Shown piece after piece: positions 48,866 through 56,380 of a stretch of DNA of 64,000 bases. Source of the DNA: Gemmatimonas sp. GTDB taxonomy: Bacteria > Gemmatimonadota > Gemmatimonadetes > Gemmatimonadales > Gemmatimonadaceae. A program made the translations under genes and the position numbers. Position 1 is the first letter of the stretch; every line of letters starts with the position of its first letter. Under the pieces are notes generated by a model. That model ran no database searches and was not told where the DNA came from. It saw only the letters and a list, made by a program, of their open reading frames with translations. The stretch lies in NCBI GenBank assembly GCA_965279375.1, contig OZ257156.1:5120001-5184000 (forward strand). The letters are read 5' to 3'.

Positions 48866-50662
48866 ATGACCGCTCCAGCCACCGCCTCGCGCACCTCGCG
48901 CATCGTCCTCATCGACGATGATCCGCTCATTCATTCGCTCGTTACCGCGATGCTGCGCCCACTCGGCGTGCAGATTGCCTCGGCGCTGAGTGGGGCCGAG
49001 GGGCTCGCGCTCGCCCGCCACGAGGCGGCCGATCTGATCCTGCTGGACAACGACATGCCTGGCGCGACCGGTCTCGACGTGTTGTCGCAGCTCAAGTCCG
49101 ACTCAGCGATCGCGTCTGTGCCAGTCATCATGCAGACCGGGAGCGAGAACAAGCAGACCCTTGCCGACTGCTTTGCGGCCGGCGCGGTGGACTTCATTCG
49201 CAAACCGTTCAGTGCCGCCGAGCTGCGCGCGCGCGTCGGATCCGTGCTCGAGCGGCAGCGCATGCTTGCCGAACTGACTGATGCCGCCAACTCGGACAAG
49301 CTGACCGGGCTCGCCAACCGCGCCGTCGTCACCAATCGCCTCGGCGAGGCTGTGCGTCGCGCGTTGACCGACGAGAGCTACACCTTCACCGTGCTCTTTC
49401 TCGACTTCGACCGATTCAAGCTGGTCAACGATACGCTCGGCCACGACGTGGGCGACGAATTGCTCCGGTCCATTGCCGGACGACTTCGCAACAATGTGCG
49501 CGCAACCGATACGGTGGCTCGCGACGTACCCGGCACGACGGTTGCCCGACTCGGTGGAGATGAGTTCGTCGTAATTCTCTCGGATGTAGGTACGCTCGAA
49601 CTCGCGTCCGTGGTGACCGAACGCCTCCTCTCTGCGCTTGGCGAACCATACCAACTCGGTGCGCACACCGTACGGTCGACGGTCAGCATCGGCATGGTCT
49701 TCAGCTCGCGCGAGTACGCCACCGCCGACGCGATGTTGCGCGACGCAGACATTGCCATGTACGAAGCCAAGGCGCGCGGGCGTGGCTGTGCCGTGGCGTT
49801 TTCTCCGGGCATGCGCGAGGCCGTTCGCGTCCGGCTGGAGACAGAGAACGACCTGCGTGACGCAATCGGGACGTCACAGATGCATCTCGCGTATCAGCCG
49901 ATCGTGTCGCTCGACGATCACGCCATCTGCGGCGTGGAGGCGCTCGCGCGCTGGACGCATCCGACGCGTGGCACCATCACCCCCGACACCTTCATTCCGA
50001 TCGCAGAGGAGACGCGGCTCATCCTGCCACTCAGCGACTGGATCCTCCGTGAAGCGTGCCGAACGTTCATGCAATGGTACGTCGAGTCGCCGGAAAAGGC
50101 CCCGCAGTACATCAGTGTCAATCTTTCGCGCGTGCAGTTCTCCGATCCGGACCTGGTGCCGCGCACGATGTCCGTGCTCGCGGCACTCGGCATGCAGCCG
50201 CACCAACTGCAACTCGAGGTAACCGAGTCGCAGATCATGCAACATCGTCGAGTGGCGCTCGACACCTTGGCGGAGTTGCGTTCGCTCGGCGTCCGGCTCG
50301 CGATGGATGATTTCGGCACGGGCTATTCGTCGCTCTCCTGTCTGCAGGAATTTCCGCTGGATGTGCTCAAGGTGGACCGTTCGTTCGTCGCCAATGCCAA
50401 ACGCGGGCGCGACTTCGCTGCGCTGCTGCACGCCGTCGTCACGCTGGCCGACAACCTCGGCCTCAAGGTCGTCGCCGAAGGCATTGAAGACGAGGAACAG
50501 CTCGTCCTGCTGCAGGCCTTGGGCTGCGCGTACGGCCAGGGCTACCTTATCGCACGCCCGATGCCGGCCGAGGAGATCGCGCGCATGCTCGGTCTCCCGT
50601 CGGCCGCTCATGGCGCGAGCGCGCCAAGCGCGATATCGCGGTCGGCTGCCGTGGCCGCATGA
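48866..50662 (+). CDS. REC-GGDEF-EAL diguanylate cyclase/phosphodiesterase response regulator
   Basis: IDDD/LDNDMP REC, D.LTGL.NR, DFDRFKLVND, GGDEF, EALARW, MDDFGTGYSS, LKVD, AEGIE, QGY. Confidence 0.95.
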   Translation: MTAPATASRTSRIVLIDDDPLIHSLVTAMLRPLGVQIASALSGAEGLALARHEAADLILLDNDMPGATGLDVLSQLKSDSAIASVPVIMQTGSENKQTLADCFAAGAVDFIRKPFSAAELRARVGSVLERQRMLAELTDAANSDKLTGLANRAVVTNRLGEAVRRALTDESYTFTVLFLDFDRFKLVNDTLGHDVGDELLRSIAGRLRNNVRATDTVARDVPGTTVARLGGDEFVVILSDVGTLELASVVTERLLSALGEPYQLGAHTVRSTVSIGMVFSSREYATADAMLRDADIAMYEAKARGRGCAVAFSPGMREAVRVRLETENDLRDAIGTSQMHLAYQPIVSLDDHAICGVEALARWTHPTRGTITPDTFIPIAEETRLILPLSDWILREACRTFMQWYVESPEKAPQYISVNLSRVQFSDPDLVPRTMSVLAALGMQPHQLQLEVTESQIMQHRRVALDTLAELRSLGVRLAMDDFGTGYSSLSCLQEFPLDVLKVDRSFVANAKRGRDFAALLHAVVTLADNLGLKVVAEGIEDEEQLVLLQALGCAYGQGYLIARPMPAEEIARMLGLPSAAHGASAPSAISRSAAVAA

Positions 50663-51507
50663 TCGTCGAGGCGGCCATCGCGCGGGCGGGCCAGCTCGCG
50701 ACGCTCCCCGAGGTCGCGATGGAAGTCATGCGGCTGTCCGAGGATCCTTCCGCGACGGGCGAAGATCTCGCGCGCGTCCTCTCGAGCGATCCCACGCTGT
50801 GCGCGCGTGTGCTCAGGATCGTCAACTCTGCGTACTACGGCGTTCGTCGGGAAGTCACGTCCATCGGCTCCGCGATCGTCGTACTTGGATTCGGCGCCGT
50901 GAAGAACATCGCCGTAGCGGCGAGTCTGACGCGCATGTTTCGCGCTGCTCCACTCAACAACGGCTTCGAGCCGCGTGATCTCTGGTTGCATGCCATCGCG
51001 GTGGCTACGGCGGCTCGTCACATCGCCAGTCGTCTTCGCGACACGGACCCGAGCGATGCGTTCCTCGCAGGACTGATCCACGACATCGGCGTGATCGTCG
51101 AGTTGCAGGCGTGTCGCGAACAGTTTCTTGCCGTCTTGGGCGCTGCGTCGGACGACCCCTCGCGACCATTCCGCGCCATCGAACGCGAGCTGATCGGGGC
51201 CTCGCACGAGGAGTTTGGCGAAGCGCTGTGCCGCGACTGGCGGTTTCCGCTCGCATTGCAACATGTCAGCGGTCACCATCACGACCCACTGGAGCTTCCC
51301 GCAGAGAATCGTCAGCTCTGCGCCATCGTGCATGTGGCCGACATCGTGGCGGGCCAGTGCGCGCTCGGCTTTGGTCGCACGGCGGAGTCGCCTACCGTCG
51401 CGCCCGAGGTGCTTGCGTGGCTGGGGTTCACTGATGCGGACGTCGCGCAGTGGACGACGGAGCTGCCCGCGCTCTTCGCCGAGGTATCGCCGCTGCTGGC
51501 CGGATAG
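50659..51507 (+). CDS. HDOD-domain protein
   Basis: LATLPEVA, DPTLCARVLRIVNS, AIVVLG, LW.HA, AGLIHDIG, W.FP, HH. ATGA coupling to the upstream gene. Confidence 0.92.
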   Translation: MIVEAAIARAGQLATLPEVAMEVMRLSEDPSATGEDLARVLSSDPTLCARVLRIVNSAYYGVRREVTSIGSAIVVLGFGAVKNIAVAASLTRMFRAAPLNNGFEPRDLWLHAIAVATAARHIASRLRDTDPSDAFLAGLIHDIGVIVELQACREQFLAVLGAASDDPSRPFRAIERELIGASHEEFGEALCRDWRFPLALQHVSGHHHDPLELPAENRQLCAIVHVADIVAGQCALGFGRTAESPTVAPEVLAWLGFTDADVAQWTTELPALFAEVSPLLAG

Positions 51508-51550
51508 GACTGTCACGCGGCGTTAAACGATGCACACCCTCCTTCGCGGC

Positions 51551-53845
51551 TTACTCCGCTCGCTCTGGCGTGGCAGGTCTTGAGTTGAGCGCACGAGACA
51601 CGGCGTCCAGCAGCTCTGCGTTGTGGAACGGCTTGGGAAGATACGGAGTTTCGGAGATCGACATACCGTCGAGCAGCAGCTCGTCGCCCGGAAAGCCGCT
51701 CATGAAGAGCACACCAATGTTCGGACGGCGGCGCAGTACCTCACGCGCAACGCGTGGGCCGGACATGCCGGGCATGACGACGTCGGTCAGCAGCAGATCG
51801 ATTTCCCCCAGCCCCGAGAGCGCCTGCAGTGCGGCCTCTCCATCCGCGAACGACGCGACCTGGTGCCCGACCGACGTGAGTATGCGAGCCGTGGCGGCAC
51901 GCACTGCCGCATCGTCCTCGACGAGCAATACGCGAGCGCGCTGCACCTGCTGCGTCGGCGATGGAGCGACCACCTCTACAGTCGCGGGCTGTTCCCGCGT
52001 GCTGGGTAGGTAGATCGACACGGTCGTACCATGTCCGACCGCGCTCTCGATGCGAATGGTGCCCCCCGCCTGCTGCATCAGTCCATACGCAAGCGTGAGC
52101 CCCAGCCCCGTGCCGCGTCCACGATCCTTCGTGGTATAGAACGGCTCGAAGACGCGCGAGCGCACCTCGGGCGCAATACCGACGCCATTGTCCGACGCCG
52201 TAACGAGGACCCACTCACCGTCCTGTATGCCGACCAGCGCCGCTTCCTCGCGATCGAGACTCACCACCGTAGTGGAGAGACGGAACTGCCCACCATCGGG
52301 CATCGCGTCACGCGCGTTGGCAGCAAGGTTCACGATCACCTGCTCGAACTGGCTGCGATCGATCAACACTACGCTCGGCGGCGGCGCAATCTGCAGCGAC
52401 AGACGGATTGTGTCGCCGAGCATGCGATCGATGAGCGTGGAGATGCCGTTGACCAGTTCGCTCATCTCGACCAGTTGCGGCTGCACGACTTGCTTGCGAC
52501 TGAAGACGAGAATCTGTCGCGTCAGTTGCGTCGCGCTCTCCGCGGACTTGATCACCTCTTCGATGCCGGTACGCGCGCGCTGCTCCTTGGGCAGGTCGGC
52601 GAGGGCCAGCTCCGAGTAGGCGATGATCGCCGTGAGGTAGTTGTTGAAGTCGTGCGCGATACCGCCCGCGAACGCGCCGAGCGCATCCATCTTCTGCGAG
52701 TGACTCAACTGCTCGAGCGACTGGGCCAGGGCAGCGTTACGGTCCACCACCGTGTCGGCAAGCCGATTGAACGCCACGGCGAGCTGTCCGACTTCATCGT
52801 TGGTTTCGACGGTTGTGCGCCGCGACAGATCGCCGTCCGCATAGGCGACGGCCGCCGCCGTCAGCGACTCGATCGGCCCGACGACGCGACCGATGATGCG
52901 ATTGCCGATCCAGAGCAGCACGCCGATGATCAGCGCCGCAACAACGAGGTCCTGCACGAACTGTCGCCGTGCCTCGTCGAGCGTGTATTTGGAGGGAATG
53001 CCGACGAACACGGTCCACGGCGCGCTCTTCGTGCGATGAAAACCGACGAGGCGTGTGAGGCCATCCATCGATTTGCCAAGGGTCACGCTCTCTTCGAACG
53101 GCAGGTCGTCGCGCACGGAGCTATTGACCTCGAACTTGCGACCGACCCAGTGATCCGGATCGAGAGAACGAATCAGCACGGTGGCGGTGGTATCCAGCAC
53201 CGTGAGCACGGAGCTGTCCGGCAGACTGCGCGCTACCTTGACCGCCTCGAGCGAGTCCACATGTACCGACGCGAGGAGGATGCTGCGCACACGGCCGCTG
53301 TCCCTGGCGGTCGGTGGGGCGAGCATCGGCATGGCGAACACCAGCACCCATGGAGCGCCCGGAACGGTACGGGACCGATACGCTTGTCCGACGGTGAACG
53401 ACTTCGTGCGCATCGCCTCGCGAAAATACGGGCGGCCCGCAAACGTCACTCCCTCCGAGCTCGCTTGGGTGGGCAGCGCGGTCGCGGTCGTGAGGCCCAG
53501 CGTGTCGAGCATCCAGATGTTCGTGAAACGCATGGGCGTCTTCACGTACATCGTGGCGAGCTTCACGGCGTTGCCGAGGCTGTCGCTTGGATCCGGCAGG
53601 AGCTCCGCAAGCGTGGCGAGCAGAATGTGCGATTCATCGATGGTCGCATCGAGTGAGCGGGCCGCCGACACCGCCAGCTCCAGCGCCCGCGTCTTGACGA
53701 TGCGCTCCTCGGCAAGCCGTCCCTCGTACGCGCGAGCGATGGCCACGAGCACGAGTCCCACGCCCAGGACGGCCATGATGCGGCGGAATCGACGACGCAG
53801 GCTTGTTCTCTGACTGGTCGACCACGTAGCGGGAGAGGCGTGCAC
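51551..53845 (-). CDS. Cache-HAMP hybrid histidine kinase with receiver
   Basis: TM, GRPYF Cache-like region, TM, HAMP (DEVGQLAVAFN), GGIAHDFNN, FYTTK..G.GTGLGL, DVVMP. Start uncertain. Confidence 0.9.
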   Translation of the reverse strand: MHASPATWSTSQRTSLRRRFRRIMAVLGVGLVLVAIARAYEGRLAEERIVKTRALELAVSAARSLDATIDESHILLATLAELLPDPSDSLGNAVKLATMYVKTPMRFTNIWMLDTLGLTTATALPTQASSEGVTFAGRPYFREAMRTKSFTVGQAYRSRTVPGAPWVLVFAMPMLAPPTARDSGRVRSILLASVHVDSLEAVKVARSLPDSSVLTVLDTTATVLIRSLDPDHWVGRKFEVNSSVRDDLPFEESVTLGKSMDGLTRLVGFHRTKSAPWTVFVGIPSKYTLDEARRQFVQDLVVAALIIGVLLWIGNRIIGRVVGPIESLTAAAVAYADGDLSRRTTVETNDEVGQLAVAFNRLADTVVDRNAALAQSLEQLSHSQKMDALGAFAGGIAHDFNNYLTAIIAYSELALADLPKEQRARTGIEEVIKSAESATQLTRQILVFSRKQVVQPQLVEMSELVNGISTLIDRMLGDTIRLSLQIAPPPSVVLIDRSQFEQVIVNLAANARDAMPDGGQFRLSTTVVSLDREEAALVGIQDGEWVLVTASDNGVGIAPEVRSRVFEPFYTTKDRGRGTGLGLTLAYGLMQQAGGTIRIESAVGHGTTVSIYLPSTREQPATVEVVAPSPTQQVQRARVLLVEDDAAVRAATARILTSVGHQVASFADGEAALQALSGLGEIDLLLTDVVMPGMSGPRVAREVLRRRPNIGVLFMSGFPGDELLLDGMSISETPYLPKPFHNAELLDAVSRALNSRPATPERAE

Positions 53846-53917
53846 CGAGCGATTGTACGCATGGTGCTGCCGCAGTTCAATAGCGTGGGCCGAGTCGTTC
53901 TCTCACCATGGAAACGT

Positions 53918-54643
53918 ATGGATTCCCTCTACCATCACACGGAGCACCCGCCGCATCACGAAGAGCATTTCACCGGCAACGAGATGGTCCGCGATGTAGT
54001 CATCGGGATGTCCGATGGATTGACGGTACCGTTCGCGTTGGCGGCCGGAATCTCCGGCGCAGTGGCCGCGACTGGGCTGGTCGTAACGGCGGGGCTGGCG
54101 GAGATCGCAGCGGGCTCGATCGCGATGGGGCTCGGCGGCTATCTCGCCGCGCGCAGCGAGGAGGAGCACTACCACAGCGAGCTTCGACGCGAAGAGATAG
54201 AGATCGTCGAAAAGCCCGACGCCGAGCGGCGCGAGGTGCGCGAGGTGCTGGAGCAGTACGGCCTGACGCCCGACGAAAGCGCGCTGGTGATGTCGGGACT
54301 GGAGCGTCGGCCCGAAGCCTGGCGCGATTTCATGATGCGCTTTGAATTGGGACTCGAAGAGCCGGACCCCAAGCGCGCGCTGCGCAGCGCCGTGACGATC
54401 GCTGCTGCGTACATCGTCGGCGGGTTCGTTCCGCTGGCACCGTACATGGTCTACTCGGACGATGCGCCGAAAGCGTTGATCGTCTCGATTGTCGTCACAC
54501 TGATCGCACTGGCGCTCTTCGGCTGGATGAAGGGACGCTTTACTGGTGTGTCACCGTTCAAGAGCGGCGCGCAGACGGTCACGATTGGCGGGCTCGCGGC
54601 GGGTGCCGCGTTCGGTATCGCGCGACTGATCGAAGCGCATTGA
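53918..54643 (+). CDS. VIT1/CCC1-family Fe/Mn transporter
   Basis: RDVVIGMSDGLTVPFALAAG, AGSIAMGLGGYLA, MMRFELGL, His-rich N-terminus. Confidence 0.93.
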   Translation: MDSLYHHTEHPPHHEEHFTGNEMVRDVVIGMSDGLTVPFALAAGISGAVAATGLVVTAGLAEIAAGSIAMGLGGYLAARSEEEHYHSELRREEIEIVEKPDAERREVREVLEQYGLTPDESALVMSGLERRPEAWRDFMMRFELGLEEPDPKRALRSAVTIAAAYIVGGFVPLAPYMVYSDDAPKALIVSIVVTLIALALFGWMKGRFTGVSPFKSGAQTVTIGGLAAGAAFGIARLIEAH

Positions 54644-54665
54644 CGGAGCGTGGGTGCGGAATGCA

Positions 54666-54700
54666 ACGAAGGCCGCCGGCATGATGCCGGCGGCCTTCGT
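54666..54700. terminator. Perfect inverted repeat, probable bidirectional terminator between VIT1 and csp
   Basis: ACGAAGGCCGCCGGCAT-G-ATGCCGGCGGCCTTCGT. Confidence 0.8.
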
Positions 54701-54726
54701 CATTCGCGGATCGCGAGATCTGCGGA

Positions 54727-54939
54727 TTAACCGCGGATCTTCGTGACCTGCTCGGCCGCGGGACCCTTCTGACCCTGAACGATGTCGAACTCGACGCGCT
54801 CGCCTTCGGCCAGAGTGCGGAAGCCGCCACCCTGAATCGCCGAGTGGTGGACGAAGCAATCCTTCGAGCCATCGTCGGGCGTGATGAAACCAAAGCCCTT
54901 GGCGTCGTTGAACCACTTCACCTTGCCGGTCGTACGCAT
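54727..54939 (-). CDS. csp: Cold-shock domain protein (CspA family)
   Basis: [35 protein letters not shown] with GGAG RBS. Start reset to 54939. Confidence 0.97.
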   Translation of the reverse strand: MRTTGKVKWFNDAKGFGFITPDDGSKDCFVHHSAIQGGGFRTLAEGERVEFDIVQGQKGPAAEQVTKIRG

Positions 54940-55080
54940 GGCACTGCTCCTGTTGCTGTGTGTTCGGAGTCCGGCCCTGCCGTACGCACCGAGCACTCGT
55001 TTTCCGCGGACATGACCCCCGCGTGGGGTTGCCGGCATCCGTCGACGCCGGCCCAACACATCACCCAATCCGTAGAGCGC

Positions 55081-55113
55081 AAAAACGGGGACCCGCGCGC
55101 AGCTAGGTCCCCG
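55081..55113 (-). terminator. Intrinsic terminator upstream of csp
   Basis: Minus strand CGGGGACC-12 nt-GGTCCCCG followed by TTTTT. Confidence 0.7.
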
Positions 55114-55178
55114 AGGTCGCCCGCCTGCATTCGTGTCCGCGCGCCTTAACGCGCACATCTTGAATTTTGTGCTCCAAG

Positions 55179-55207
55179 ACGCTAGCACGGTCCGGACGAA
55201 CTGTCAA
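55179..55207 (-). promoter_or_regulatory. sigma70 promoter reading toward csp
   Basis: Minus strand TTGACA-17 nt-TAGCGT with a TG extended -10. Confidence 0.75.
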
Positions 55208-55343
55208 CGGGAATTTTTGGCACGCCTGTCAACCCACTGCAACGGCGTTCACCCCGTGCCGTCCGACCCCCTGCCTCGTCAGCCTACAGGGCATCGGACA
55301 GAGGTCCGCCCCCGAGAATTCGCCCTCGCGACCGGACGCCCCC

Positions 55344-55505
55344 ATGCAACGATTGCTGATCACCCTCGCCACCTTCGTCCTCGGCAGCCTTGGCTGGTAC
55401 CTCGGCGAAGGGTTCGGCTATTTCACCGCCTTCGCGCTCTCGATGGTGGGCACCGGTGCCGGCGTGTACGTGGGGAAACAGCTCAACGACCGCTGGGGTG
55501 TCTGA
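55344..55505 (+). CDS. Small two-TM Gly-rich membrane protein (53 aa)
   Basis: MQRLLITLATFVLGSLGWYLGEGFGYFTAFALSMVGTGAGVYVGKQLNDRWGV. Confidence 0.75.
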   Translation: MQRLLITLATFVLGSLGWYLGEGFGYFTAFALSMVGTGAGVYVGKQLNDRWGV

Positions 55506-55583
55506 GTGGCTGGCGCCTGACGCCGCTTTACAGCCGCCGCGTTTGCCGCCAACCTCAAGGCACCCTCACTCTCCGGAGCGAAC

Positions 55584-55763
55584 ATGAAGGACTCGCAGCT
55601 GAAGGCCCTGATCAAGAAGACGGCCGCGAAGGCCGCCCAGCCGAAGAAGCAGATCCGCCCCTCCTTCGACCCCACCCTCGAAGCGACCCGCGGCGGCAAG
55701 GAGCCCATTTCCGGCACCGAGGCCGAAGAGATCTTCAAGGAAATGAAGCGGAGAGAGTTCTAA
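55584..55763 (+). CDS. Small Lys-rich hypothetical protein (59 aa), absent from the ORF track
   Basis: GGAG RBS at 55575. MKDSQLKALIKKTAAKAAQPKKQIRPSFDPTLEATRGGKEPISGTEAEEIFKEMKRREF, with strongly G/C-ending codons. Confidence 0.75.
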   Translation: MKDSQLKALIKKTAAKAAQPKKQIRPSFDPTLEATRGGKEPISGTEAEEIFKEMKRREF

Positions 55764-55893
55764 AGGGGATTCCCTGACGCGGCTGTGGGGAGCAGAGCCG
55801 CCTTTCTGCACCTTCGCCTGACTTTCTTCCGGGCGACATAAGGCGATGCTCATGTCGAGATGCGATTCAGGTTCACCCTTGCCTTCTCGACTC

Positions 55894-56322
55894 ATGCTCT
55901 CTGCCACTGCTGAACATGCCCTGCGCGCGGTGCTCTTCGTCGCGCAGTTCCCCGACCAGACCACCATCGCGTCGGATACCGTCGCGGTTGCCCTCGGCGC
56001 TCCGCGCAACTACCTCGCGAAGACGCTGAATGCGCTCGCCAAGGCGGGCGTCCTGCGCAGCAGTCGCGGCCCAGGAGGCGGATTCTCGCTCGCGGTGCCG
56101 CCAGAACAGCTGACGATCGCTCAGGTGATTGCGCCGTTCACCGAGCAGTCCAAGCTGCCCGTCTGCCTGTTGCACAATCGGCCGTGCGATACCGCGACAC
56201 CCTGCGGTGCACACGCGCAGTGGAGCAGCATCCGCACCAATTTCGTGCAGACGTTCGCGAACACCACGATCGCCGATCTGCTCGTTGGCGCACCGGAAGT
56301 CGCCGTCGCTGCAATCGCCTGA
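55894..56322 (+). CDS. Rrf2-family transcriptional regulator with Fe-S-type Cys motif
   Basis: MLS.TAEHALRA, YLAKTL..L...G.L.S.RG.GGGF.L, C-X6-C-X5-C-X2-H. Confidence 0.92.
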   Translation: MLSATAEHALRAVLFVAQFPDQTTIASDTVAVALGAPRNYLAKTLNALAKAGVLRSSRGPGGGFSLAVPPEQLTIAQVIAPFTEQSKLPVCLLHNRPCDTATPCGAHAQWSSIRTNFVQTFANTTIADLLVGAPEVAVAAIA

Positions 56323-56380
56323 TCACGCTTGAGCACGGCGACGGAGGAAACTTCCGCCACCCTCGCGCGTACGACCGCGC

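Noticed and set aside
54940..55188. In-frame N-terminal extension of Csp (153 aa)
   Set aside because: It spans the promoter and a terminator hairpin. The RBS and canonical Csp start are at 54939.
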